Part shown: one piece after another, positions 39,806 to 48,764 of the stretch
How the letters are laid out: each line of letters begins with the position of its first letter
Position numbering within the stretch: position 1 is the stretch's first letter
NCBI GenBank assembly: GCA_964551495.1
Contig: CAZKCA010000003.1
Location: 4,535 to 68,534, forward strand
Source: an uncultured Candidatus Saccharibacteria bacterium
Lineage (GTDB): Bacteria; Patescibacteriota; Minisyncoccia; Phycocordibacterales; DATDWN01
Direction: 5' to 3'
DNA: 64,000 nt
Notes under the pieces: generated by a model
Databases searched by the model: none
Told to the model about the DNA's origin: nothing
Seen by the model: only the letters and a program-made list of their open reading frames with translations
Made by a program: the position numbers and the translations under genes

Positions 39806-39834
39806 TTGACAAACCAGTAATTTATTGCTATACT
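39806..39834 (+). promoter_or_regulatory. consensus sigma70 promoter for the DGR target gene
   Basis: TTGACA (39806-39811)-17 nt-TATACT (39829-39834) with TG extension. Confidence 0.75.
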
Positions 39835-39983
39835 ACTCAAATAGTTCTTTGTAATGGATCAGTGTAGTTAAGACGAGCTTTTTGAGCCTTATTTTAGGGC
39901 CTAAAAAGCTTGTCTCAACTACGGGACTAGTCGAGCCGAAGCGTTCTTCGGTAAATGCCCATAAGGCAGAAGGAGATAACGTC

Positions 39984-40874
39984 ATGCAGACGATTACTCA
40001 GGCAACTGCCGGTCAGATCAAGCAGATCAACCGGTTCGGAAACGACGCCATCGAGAAGGTTCTCGGTGAGCTCGGACTCGACAACCCTGGCGCCCAGCGC
40101 GTCATCGAACACGGCGACGAATTCGCCGAGGCCATCCGCACGGCCGCCCTCGCCTCGCTCAAGGACCTGTCGGTCTCCGACAAGTTCAAGGACGAGGAGG
40201 TGGAGTCGAGCTACGGCTACCTCTCTGGCTACACGAAGCCCAAGTCGATCACGGAGCAGTGCAATATCCTGCGCCAGATCTTCCCGGGCATCGGGTTCGC
40301 CGACGAGAAGCTCGCCGAGCGCGAAGTGCCGCAGCACGCCGAGGGGTGGTTCGCCATCCCGAAGTGGCAGACGGTCGCTCCGACCTACACCGAAGCGGTC
40401 CAGAAGGTGCTCGACGCGGTGAAGTCGGCTCGTAACGGGAAGTTCTACAACTACCGTGACGGGCAGATCAACAACTCGCGTCTGCGCCAGACGGCCAAGA
40501 CGGCGTCGGTGTTCCAGAAGCTCGGCAACGAGCAGAAGGATCACGACATCCTCGTGGTGGCCGCCCAGTTCGGCATCCGCCATCGGGGACGTTCTGTCCG
40601 CCGTGCTCGTGAGGTCTTCGCGGCCAACGAGTTCGGACTCGGCGCATTCGCCATCGGCATCATGATCCTGACCCACCAGGAACGGCTCATGAACTATAAC
40701 GACCTCTGGATCGACTGCTCGGGTGACGAGTTTGATGATCCGGATGCCGATGTCCGCTTCGATCTCGCCCCGTGCTTCGACTTCAGCGACGGCGGGGTCG
40801 AGTTCGGCGCGTACTGGTTCGGCTATGCCAGCGGCCACTGCGGTTCCGCGTCGGCTTTCGTTCCGCAGAACTGA
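39984..40874 (+). CDS. DGR target (variable) protein
   Basis: AGGAG SD before ATG 39984; last ~45 codons form the VR matching the downstream TR; strong C/G third-position bias. Confidence 0.92.
   Translation: MQTITQATAGQIKQINRFGNDAIEKVLGELGLDNPGAQRVIEHGDEFAEAIRTAALASLKDLSVSDKFKDEEVESSYGYLSGYTKPKSITEQCNILRQIFPGIGFADEKLAEREVPQHAEGWFAIPKWQTVAPTYTEAVQKVLDAVKSARNGKFYNYRDGQINNSRLRQTAKTASVFQKLGNEQKDHDILVVAAQFGIRHRGRSVRRAREVFAANEFGLGAFAIGIMILTHQERLMNYNDLWIDCSGDEFDDPDADVRFDLAPCFDFSDGGVEFGAYWFGYASGHCGSASAFVPQN
40738..40868 (+). repeat. DGR variable repeat (VR)
   Basis: 131-nt ungapped match to 41282-41412 with 17 mismatches, all opposite TR adenines. Confidence 0.97.
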
Positions 40875-40941
40875 TCCTTGATGCTCGAACTCTTGAGTCT
40901 TTTGAATCCTTTCTTTTGATTCTTGAGTTCGCGGCAAATTT

Positions 40942-40973
40942 TCGGGGTTATCCACACGTGTGGGTAACCCCGA
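40942..40973. other. hairpin/cruciform downstream of VR
   Basis: TCGGGGTTATCCACAC/GTGTGGGTAACCCCGA, 15/16 palindrome. Confidence 0.8.
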
Positions 40974-41281
40974 TTTCTTTTTATACAGAAAATATTTTTG
41001 ATATACTTATACATGAGTCTAGGCTCATGCACGGTCGTTCAAGGATTGCCGTCGCCGAACTCTTTCTCTTTGTTCTCATTAAGAGAAAACGACCAGGGTC
41101 TTCCCGATTACGATTTGGAAGAGAGCGTCGCGATGAGGAGATACTGCTTGTCTTTGTTTAAGACAGACCATTAAGCCTATATGGCGGGTGCTGTCAGATA
41201 AAATTCAGGAGCGAGATCGCACCTTGTTTCCAACAAGGAATACTTTCAAGCTCTGGTGGCTCGGATGAGCAAAGACGAATT

Positions 41282-41412
41282 ATCCGGATGCCGATGTCCG
41301 CTTCGATCACGCCCCGTACTTCAACTTCAACGACGGCAAGGTCAAGTTCGACACGAACTGGTTCGACAATGCCAACGACAACTACGGTTCCGCGTCGGCT
41401 TTCGTTCCGAAG
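41282..41412 (+). repeat. DGR template repeat (TR)
   Basis: AAC/GAC/TAC-rich copy of VR; A-free GC-rich IMH-like segment GGTTCCGCGTCGGCTTTCGTTCCG; hairpin 41425-41454 follows. Confidence 0.97.
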
Positions 41413-41455
41413 TCTCTCCACTTCACAAAGAGCATCCATACGGATGCTCTTTGTC

Positions 41456-41809
41456 TTATCGAGAAGTACTAGATGACCTAATCCATCCACCAAGCATGCG
41501 GCCGATTTCATCGATCATTTCTTGGAGTGTGGTGTATTTCTTGTTATCAAGTGACTTTGTTTCTTTCATTAGACGAATAAAAAAACGAAGAGTGTTTAAC
41601 TTGATACTGGCCCTTTCCAAAATTACAGTCTTATTACCACTTTTCGAATATCCTGCCTCGAGAAAATATTCGATGACATCGACAATCAAATTTTCACTTC
41701 GTTCGTAGACAGTGAACCTTTCTGCTTTAGGAATTAACTTACGATGTTCTTGAAATGTTTTATACAGTTCATACGACTTTTTAATAATAGGGATATCAAT
41801 TTCATTCAT
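41456..41809 (-). CDS. avd: DGR accessory variability determinant Avd (four-helix bundle)
   Basis: IPIIKKSYELYK, IPKAERFT, LRFFIRL, EIGRMLGGW. Confidence 0.9.
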   Translation of the reverse strand: MNEIDIPIIKKSYELYKTFQEHRKLIPKAERFTVYERSENLIVDVIEYFLEAGYSKSGNKTVILERASIKLNTLRFFIRLMKETKSLDNKKYTTLQEMIDEIGRMLGGWIRSSSTSR

Positions 41810-42854
41810 GCGAGTTTATACAAAGTTATTTGATAAAATAATTAACGCCGAGAATCTCTTTTCGGCGTGGGATGAGTTCAAGCTCGGGAAGAGAAACAAA
41901 TCCGACGTGCTTGTTTTTGAAAAGAATCTTGAGCAGAATATTTTTGCCTTGCATAGAGAATTAGTAAGTAAGGCATATCGGCATGGAGCGTATAGCAACT
42001 TCTATATTTATGATCCGAAACTCCGACATATTCATAAAGCGACGGTTCGAGACAGAGTGTTGCATCATGCAATTTTTCAGATACTCAATCCAATTTTTGA
42101 ACCAACTTTTATATCCCATTCTTTTTCCTGCCGCGTCGGAAAAGGAACTCATAAAGGCGTTCATGTTTTGGACATAATGCTTCGTAAGGTCTCGAAGAAT
42201 TACACTCAAACAGCGTATGCACTTAAATGTGATGTCAGAAAGTTTTTTGATAGTGTTGACCACACTATCTTGATCAAGCTTCTGCAAAGAAAGATGAAAG
42301 ACCTTGGGGCTTTGTGGCTTATGGAGGAAATAATCGAGAGTTTTGCCGGAGAGTTTTCCGATTTGTTTACCCGAAGAGGGCTTCCTATTGGTAATCTGAC
42401 ATCGCAACTGTTCGCCAATGTCTACATGAATGAGTTTGATCAGTTTATGAAAAAAGAACTGAAAATTAAAAATTATGTTCGCTACACTGATGATTTTGTT
42501 GTTGCATCTGATAACGAAAATTTCTTGAAAGACCTTGTCCCTAAAATCCAAGACTTCCTTCACAATCATCTCAACCTTGAGTTGCATCCAAGCAAGGTCA
42601 CCATAGGTACATACCGACGTGGCATTGATTTTCTCGGCTACGTTTCTTTTCCTCACTACCGTACATTGCGCAAACGAACCGAGAAAAGAATGCTTCGCAA
42701 GCTGGATGAGAAAATCGAGTTGTTTAAACAAGGAGAGATCGACGAGGAAAGATTGAAGCAAACACTTCAGTCTTACCTGGGAGTCTTGAGTCATGCTACC
42801 GCTCTCAGATTGAGCCGAGATTTCAGCAATCGAATATTGTTTAGGAGAACATGA
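41808..42854 (+). CDS. DGR reverse transcriptase
   Basis: DPKLRHI, RDRVLHHAI, SFSCRVGKGTH, LKCDVRKFFDSVDH, GLPIGNLTSQLFANVYM, YVRYTDDF, GIDFLGY, SYLG. Confidence 0.97.
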   Translation: MRVYTKLFDKIINAENLFSAWDEFKLGKRNKSDVLVFEKNLEQNIFALHRELVSKAYRHGAYSNFYIYDPKLRHIHKATVRDRVLHHAIFQILNPIFEPTFISHSFSCRVGKGTHKGVHVLDIMLRKVSKNYTQTAYALKCDVRKFFDSVDHTILIKLLQRKMKDLGALWLMEEIIESFAGEFSDLFTRRGLPIGNLTSQLFANVYMNEFDQFMKKELKIKNYVRYTDDFVVASDNENFLKDLVPKIQDFLHNHLNLELHPSKVTIGTYRRGIDFLGYVSFPHYRTLRKRTEKRMLRKLDEKIELFKQGEIDEERLKQTLQSYLGVLSHATALRLSRDFSNRILFRRT

Positions 42855-42902
42855 GCGAAAGAAGGTAAACATAGTAACAATAAAAACTGCCTTATTCTGC
42901 GC

Positions 42903-43763
42903 CTAAAACTTGATCGCCTCGTAATAATTATTCCGGTCATCGATCCTACTCTCTGACTTGAGGAGCGTCGGTAGATCACGGTGGTTAAAGTTGCTCAAGT
43001 TTATCTTGTTAAAAAGTGGCCGTGCGATTGAATAGACAATCGCAGTGCCGTCCTTCACATTGCCGTACTGGTCTTTAACCGGGAGCTGGGACCAGATAAT
43101 AATGTCTCCAATCGTTGGATCGAGCGGGAAAAGTGCTTTGGCGATTTTGAAGGCTTCACCATGCATCGTGCCTTTTTGAAGGTTGGTTGTAAGATTTTCA
43201 TCAGCATTTATTTTTATGAGCACTCCAACAACTGGTTCTTCGCTTTTGTACCCATACTCAGTCAACATGGACGGTTTATATGGATCAAGAGTCGTTTCAA
43301 CAACTCTTGGCTTCTTCATATTTGTCTCCGAACCAAGCGAAGTATTAATGGTGTCTCTAATCCTTTCTTCCAAAGTTTTAGGTTTGGTGACCACCTCCTT
43401 TATTGAGTCACTAGTCGTTTGCGCATTTTCCTGCTTTTGAGCCTGAGATTCCAAATCATTAGAAGCAACTTTCTGGGATGATTTGGTATCCATTGTTGTT
43501 CCAGCAATAACAAGGAACAGGATCACAATTCCTATTTTTATTGGTCGACTGATAGGCATTCGAATCTTACTCATCACAAACTGACGTGTAGGTTTGAGAA
43601 TCATCACGGCGGCTAGTAGCAGGAAAAGCCCCGGGATGAAATCCGAGAACAGGGATACAAATCCGGTCACAGCAAGCAGTACTCCTATAACCCAGCTAGT
43701 AATTCCGAAGGATTTCTTTTTGGTCTGACCCTCTAAAGACGCTTCTTTGTTTTCCATAGGCAA
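42903..43763 (-). CDS. membrane-anchored hypothetical protein
   Basis: Three N-terminal TM helices, soluble C-domain with 'DQYGN'. Confidence 0.75.
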   Translation of the reverse strand: MPMENKEASLEGQTKKKSFGITSWVIGVLLAVTGFVSLFSDFIPGLFLLLAAVMILKPTRQFVMSKIRMPISRPIKIGIVILFLVIAGTTMDTKSSQKVASNDLESQAQKQENAQTTSDSIKEVVTKPKTLEERIRDTINTSLGSETNMKKPRVVETTLDPYKPSMLTEYGYKSEEPVVGVLIKINADENLTTNLQKGTMHGEAFKIAKALFPLDPTIGDIIIWSQLPVKDQYGNVKDGTAIVYSIARPLFNKINLSNFNHRDLPTLLKSESRIDDRNNYYEAIKF

Positions 43764-43857
43764 ATAAATTATTTGAATAATGTCTCGTACCTTAGCTTCT
43801 ATTCGAGGCTTTGCGAAGCTCGAGTTACCAACAGCTCTTTTGTGAGGGAAATTGGGT

Positions 43858-44769
43858 TCATTTGTTGTAGGTATAACTCTGGCGAACCAAAGGAATGGCT
43901 TTCTCTAGGTCTGCCTCGCTCTCAATCTTTACCTCATAGTCTCCGTTGCCCCAATGACCTATGGGCTTGGGTTTGGTGAGGTCGCGAGCGATATTTTCTG
44001 GATCATCGAGGTGTCCGCTCGGCACGTTCAAAAAGATTTTTAGTGAATCGCGAAGCACTACCACGTCACAGAAATTAGTGGTGAGCTTGTACGCTATATA
44101 TTTTGCTTTGGCTTCCTCAATAATTGATTCATCTAGAGTGGAGATCTGCTCCTTGAGAGAAGAGAATAATCTTTGTGCGTCTGGACTCGCAGATCTTACA
44201 TGATCATCAACGGTATAGTGGATTTTATCTTTGAATACGCGTTTCTGTTTTTCTCCCTGCTCAAATACCTCCGATGTTGAGATCTTCACTTTACGCTGGA
44301 CTTCCGGTTCAACGAGAAGCAGGTCGTGGTCATATAACTGATATCGAAGCAACTCAATATTCATCGGCAGCAGATCGGCAGTATCCAAATCAAACTTGTT
44401 GTAGCTTTCAGCAACGCAGATCACTCGTGGCGATGCCCAGTCAATCTCGATATCAATTTCCTTTCTTCGTACCAACGCCTCGAAATCCGCCTTATGATCC
44501 AAAAGCCAGCGGAGATATGACAGACCTTGGTTGATAACACTATCGTTTTGACCCTTCTTGTATTCGATGATCACCGGCGACCCATTGTTGTCTATACCTA
44601 GACTATCTATTCTTCCGCCGAAGCTAGTGGAGTATTCGGTAGCCAAAAATTTGATATTCAAAATCTCATCCAAATTTTTCTCGAAGAGTTTTTGTATGTC
44701 TTTTTCTAGTCCCACCTTCGTTGGAGGGACTTTCGTTGCAGTTTGATTGTGAGTAATAAAAATGGCCAT
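43858..44769 (-). CDS. NucS/DUF91-like PD-(D/E)xK nuclease domain + DUF5655 protein
   Basis: LEKDIQ, GRIDSLG..PVIIEYK, INQGLSYL.WL, GHWGNGDYEV. Confidence 0.8.
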   Translation of the reverse strand: MAIFITHNQTATKVPPTKVGLEKDIQKLFEKNLDEILNIKFLATEYSTSFGGRIDSLGIDNNGSPVIIEYKKGQNDSVINQGLSYLRWLLDHKADFEALVRRKEIDIEIDWASPRVICVAESYNKFDLDTADLLPMNIELLRYQLYDHDLLLVEPEVQRKVKISTSEVFEQGEKQKRVFKDKIHYTVDDHVRSASPDAQRLFSSLKEQISTLDESIIEEAKAKYIAYKLTTNFCDVVVLRDSLKIFLNVPSGHLDDPENIARDLTKPKPIGHWGNGDYEVKIESEADLEKAIPLVRQSYTYNK

Positions 44770-45097
44770 GAGGTTCATGGCGCGGGGTTGGTGCATATAC
44801 ACTAAGCCCCACGCTAGCTTTAGGTCTTGCGACCCCATACAAGTTTCCCTGTATGGCCCGATGAAGAGTCGCTGAACGTGGGGTTCAGTATCTTCATCGG
44901 GACTTTGGGCCATGCCCGCCGGAAATCCGGACGAGTTTAGGCCGCTCATATTCAGTTGTACTTTCTCAGAATATCAAAAATAGCACCATTAAACAATGGG
45001 CTTAAGTTTGGGAGATTTGCGAGGTCAGGTTATCAACTTCTTATCTACTCGGGACGCTCTGGACTCCTGGGGAGGGTTGCGTCATTCATTTGAATGT

Positions 45098-46429
45098 ATG
45101 AAAAACGCAACAATACAGGCGCCATTAGGGACTGCGGCCAAAGTAGCAACCCCAATAAGGGTCAGGTACTGCCTTTACGCGAGAAAAAGTACCGAATCAG
45201 AGGAACGGCAAGTCCTCTCAATTGATAGCCAAATCAAAGAGATGCTTCAATTAGCAGAGCGAGAAGGTCTGGAGGTCGTGACCATGAAGCGAGAGAGTCA
45301 CTCGGCCAAAGAGACTGGGCAACGGCCGGTCTTCAATGAAATAGTTGATGAATTACGACAAGAAAAATTTAACGGCATTCTCACATGGGCGCCAGATCGT
45401 ATCAGTAGAAATGCGGGTGACCTCGGAAAGATTGTAGACCTCATGGATGAAGGAAAACTCCATGAGATACGAACATATGGACAGAGTTTCAGGAATAATC
45501 CGAATGAGAAATTCCTGCTGATGATTCTTGGATCGCAAGCAAAACTCGAAAATGATAATCGAGGTATCAACGTGAAGCGAGGTCTACGAACGAGAGTGGA
45601 GATGGGACTTTGGCCCGGCATGGCGCCGCTCGGATATCTGAACCAGAAGCTCATGGACAAGAAATGCAGAATTATCATTGATCCGGAACGTGCGCCGGTC
45701 GTAAAGCAAATGTTTGAGAAGGTCGCATACGAAGGATGGAGTGGTCGTAAAGTATACAACTGGCTTCGATTCGACCTCAACTTCCATACACGAGGCAACA
45801 GACCGCTAACACTTAGCGGTGTATATCGAATGCTCCAAATGCCCATCTATTACGGACCATTCGAGTATCCCCGAAACAGCGGTAGTTGGTATCAAGGGAC
45901 GCACGAACCTCTTATCACCGAGGAACTATTTAAGAAAGTGAATGAGCAACTGAAGCGTGACAAGATCGTGCGAGAAAACCGAGAATTCGCCTTCACTAAG
46001 CTGTTCACCTGCGGCATGTGCGGATCGGGTATCACTGCTCAGGAAAAATACAAACTACTCAAGGACGGTACGAATGCCAAATACATTTACTACTCCTGCT
46101 CGAAAGCGAGGGACAGAAATTGCAAGAACAAATACATACGAGAGGAAGAACTTGTCGAGGAATTATTTAAAGTCATCGACAAAGTGAGTATTAACGAATT
46201 AGGTATGAGAATGAAGCTCGAAGAAGAAATCAAGCGGTTCAACCGACTGCAACGACTCGCGGCCAAAGGAAAACCAAAGATGCAGATCGACGAGGATGAC
46301 ATCGCCACACGAGAATACGCTAAGTATGTTCTGCGTGAAGGAACGGCAATCGAGAAACGTGAGCTAATGGGTCACTTGCGAAGCAGGCTGGTGCTGAATG
46401 ATAAAAAGATTACGCTGATTGAAGAATAA
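45098..46429 (+). CDS. large serine recombinase (resolvase + recombinase + zinc ribbon)
   Basis: YARKST catalytic Ser, SAK..GQRPVF, DRISRN, APLGY, HEPLI, CGMCG..YYSC..C. Confidence 0.95.
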   Translation: MKNATIQAPLGTAAKVATPIRVRYCLYARKSTESEERQVLSIDSQIKEMLQLAEREGLEVVTMKRESHSAKETGQRPVFNEIVDELRQEKFNGILTWAPDRISRNAGDLGKIVDLMDEGKLHEIRTYGQSFRNNPNEKFLLMILGSQAKLENDNRGINVKRGLRTRVEMGLWPGMAPLGYLNQKLMDKKCRIIIDPERAPVVKQMFEKVAYEGWSGRKVYNWLRFDLNFHTRGNRPLTLSGVYRMLQMPIYYGPFEYPRNSGSWYQGTHEPLITEELFKKVNEQLKRDKIVRENREFAFTKLFTCGMCGSGITAQEKYKLLKDGTNAKYIYYSCSKARDRNCKNKYIREEELVEELFKVIDKVSINELGMRMKLEEEIKRFNRLQRLAAKGKPKMQIDEDDIATREYAKYVLREGTAIEKRELMGHLRSRLVLNDKKITLIEE

Positions 46430-46480
46430 TAACGATAAATATATATTGACAAACGATATGCGATGAATTAGGATAGAACT

Positions 46481-46984
46481 ATGAAATTATCATCAACAAT
46501 GTTTCTGCAAATAGTGATCTTGCTCATAGGTCTTGGTGCTCTTGCCTTCCTGCTTATGATGCCCCGCCTTGAAGGCGTAAACGCAGGTGTCACCACGCTT
46601 TATCAAATATACTTTGATGACCCATTCTTGATATTCGTATATGCGGGTTCTATTCCATTCTTTGTCGCCCTCTATCAAGCCTTCAAGGTGTTCGGATATG
46701 TCGGACAAAACAAGACGTTCTCCGAGGCGGCGGTAGGAGCGTTGCGAAAGATAAAATACTGCGCGTTCATCACTGCGGGTGCAATCATCGCCGTAGACGC
46801 TTTCCTCATGATACACACGCGTCTGTATCCCGAAGTCGGCGCGGTAGATGGTCCCGAGGGCGCTGTGATGCTCGGACTCATCGCAACATTCATTTCCGTC
46901 GTCATCGGCACTGCGGCGGCAATACTTGAACGGACTCTGCAGAACGCCGTAGAGCTAAAGTCCGAGAACGACCTAACCGTATAA
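46481..46984 (+). CDS. DUF2975 membrane protein
   Basis: PFFVALYQAFK, LRKIKYCA, C-terminal KSENDLTV. Confidence 0.9.
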   Translation: MKLSSTMFLQIVILLIGLGALAFLLMMPRLEGVNAGVTTLYQIYFDDPFLIFVYAGSIPFFVALYQAFKVFGYVGQNKTFSEAAVGALRKIKYCAFITAGAIIAVDAFLMIHTRLYPEVGAVDGPEGAVMLGLIATFISVVIGTAAAILERTLQNAVELKSENDLTV

Positions 46985-46989
46985 CCACC

Positions 46990-47193
46990 ATGTCTATCAT
47001 CATCAACATAGATGTCATGCTCGCGAAGCGGAAGATGAGCGTTACTGAACTGGCAGAGAAAGTTGGAATCACCATGGCAAATATTTCCGTGCTAAAAAAT
47101 GGAAAAGCTAGAGCTATCCGATTAGCAACCCTAGAAGCGATTTGCAAAGCCTTGGAATGTCAGCCTGGAGATATTTTGGAGTACAAAAAGTAG
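46990..47193 (+). CDS. Cro/C1-type HTH regulator (YozG-like)
   Basis: DVMLAKRKMSVTELAEKVGIT..N.S.LKNGKA..IR..TL..IC..L.CQPGDILEY. Confidence 0.92.
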   Translation: MSIIINIDVMLAKRKMSVTELAEKVGITMANISVLKNGKARAIRLATLEAICKALECQPGDILEYKK

Positions 47194-47300
47194 AAATTAA
47201 ATGATATGCTTGCCGTACAAACCTGCGCGATATACTACGAGTGTCTCGCGCTTCCCGATACGGCACAGGAATACGACCGACACGCCTGTGGCGCCACAAG

Positions 47301-47330
47301 AAAACAGCGTCCTTTACAGGGCGCTGTTTT
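47301..47330 (+). terminator. intrinsic terminator
   Basis: AAAACAGCGTCCT-TTAC-AGGGCGCTGTTTT. Confidence 0.7.
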
Positions 47331-47370
47331 GCTTATCTATTGAGCCGAATTTTGATAAGATGAAGATGCA

Positions 47371-47592
47371 ATGAGAGAATTTACGACCCCTTTGAAGGAA
47401 TACGGTTCACTTCTCCCGCCGGTCTGGAGCTGGCGCGAGGAAGAGATGACCAAGCAAGAAGCAAAGGAGCACTTTGATTGGTTCTTATCGATTATTCCGG
47501 AGCGCATTGCAATGCTTGAAAAAGTTATTAATGCAAACCCTCCGTCCGTAGGGGCAATTATGGTTCCTATTCAGCAATATGGAAAACTCTGA
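47371..47592 (+). pseudogene. possible truncated gene fragment
   Basis: 73-aa ORF ('KQEAKEHFDWFLSIIPERIAML') running into the sigma factor gene. Confidence 0.35.
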
Positions 47593-48190
47593 CGTAGAAA
47601 TCATTAAAAAAGCCAAAGCAAACTCCCAGATATTTGAGGAGCTGTATCGGAAGTATGCCGATAAGGTGTACAACTACTTTTGGTACAGAACCGGTCACCA
47701 GAAAGACGTGGCCGAGGATTTGATGCAGGAAACTTTTTATCGCGCATTCAAGCATCTGTCACGTTTCCAGATACGTGGATACTCGTACCTAACCTATTTG
47801 CTCACGATCGCGCATAATATTCTTGCAAACTACTATCGCTCCAAGAAAATGATTCCTCTTTCAGAGCTCGGGGAGATCGGCGAGGATTTTGATGTTCCAG
47901 CTGAGATTACTGAATCGCTTGAGCGAAAGGACGAAGCACGGGCGCTTTGGCGTGCAATCCAAGACCTCTCCTCCGCGGAGCGTGATGCGCTACTCATGTT
48001 TTATCAAAAAGAAATGCCGATCAAGGATATAAGCCGGGTCATGGCAAGAAGCGAGAACGCGGTAAAGCTCATCCTTTCAAGGGCACGAAAAAAGCTCGCA
48101 CAGCACCCCTATCTGCGGGATATGGTTGGGTTTGCAGATCAGGAGCGAAAGTACACCAAACCTCGATATCTTAAGATGAAAAAAGAATGA
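47579..48190 (+). CDS. ECF-type RNA polymerase sigma factor
   Basis: FEELYRKY, AEDLMQETF.RAF, YLLTIAHN, L..AERDAL, region 4 HTH 'SENAVKLILSRARKKL'. Confidence 0.92.
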   Translation: MENSDVEIIKKAKANSQIFEELYRKYADKVYNYFWYRTGHQKDVAEDLMQETFYRAFKHLSRFQIRGYSYLTYLLTIAHNILANYYRSKKMIPLSELGEIGEDFDVPAEITESLERKDEARALWRAIQDLSSAERDALLMFYQKEMPIKDISRVMARSENAVKLILSRARKKLAQHPYLRDMVGFADQERKYTKPRYLKMKKE

Positions 48191-48347
48191 CACCTTTTTA
48201 AGATCTGCGTGTTAAATAAGGTGGAAGCAGATAGTGGAGCTTCCATAAAGGTCGAAATTATCAGTCTTAAGGAATAACCCCTAAAGAGTGCGTGGAACTT
48301 AGTCAGGCCTTAAGTTGCAGGCACTTGAGAAGGAGGTAAACATACCT

Positions 48348-48764
48348 ATGTCTCGCGAACTCATACCGCGCAACTTCCTAGAGAATATCTGGGATTTCGA
48401 CGATGATCTTCTGTCACTCTTCGATACGCGGTCTACGTCCGGATTATCTTCAGGGCTATCGGTGTCCGAGGATGATAAGCATGTGTATGTAGAAGCATCG
48501 GTTCCCGGCGTTGATCCAGACAAGATCGAAGTATCGTATGACAAGGGTGTTCTCTGGATACGCGGCCAGCAGGAGCAGGAGAAAGGCGGCGATCGCAAGT
48601 ATTACCGCAAAGCTTCGTCTTCGTTCTCCTACCGAATGGCTATTCCAGGGAATGTGGATGAGAACAAAGATCCGGAAGCAACGTACAAGAACGGCATTAT
48701 GAAAGTGACGTTCAACAAAGTTCCGGAACCACAGCCAAGGAAGATTGCAGTGAAAGTCCAGTAA
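48348..48764 (+). CDS. small heat shock protein Hsp20
   Basis: AGGAGGT SD; VEASVPGV, F.YRMAIP..VD, ATYKNGIMKVTF.K. Confidence 0.93.
   Translation: MSRELIPRNFLENIWDFDDDLLSLFDTRSTSGLSSGLSVSEDDKHVYVEASVPGVDPDKIEVSYDKGVLWIRGQQEQEKGGDRKYYRKASSSFSYRMAIPGNVDENKDPEATYKNGIMKVTFNKVPEPQPRKIAVKVQ

Noticed and set aside
39927-40955. 342-aa antisense ORF over the DGR target
   Set aside because: Shadow frame caused by the strong C/G third-position bias of the + strand gene, which has the SD, promoter and in-frame VR
41194-41708. Short ORFs overlapping TR (41194-41511, 41256-41708, 41288-41476)
   Set aside because: By-products of the stop-poor TR sequence; no RBS or recognisable product
41440-41830. avd as a recombinase-invertible segment
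   Set aside because: I could not find inverted repeats flanking avd; left as untested
41808-42854. RT as group II intron, retron or CRISPR-associated RT
   Set aside because: No maturase/endonuclease extension, no cas genes; the TR/VR pair and Avd identify a DGR
41961-42872. 303-aa ORF antisense to the RT
   Set aside because: Shadow ORF with no motifs; the RT motifs are on the + strand
44770-45097. N-terminal extensions of the DUF5655 gene and recombinase given by the ORF track
   Set aside because: Recognisable domains begin at 44769 (-) and 45098 (+); the intervening DNA is more likely divergent promoter or att-like sequence
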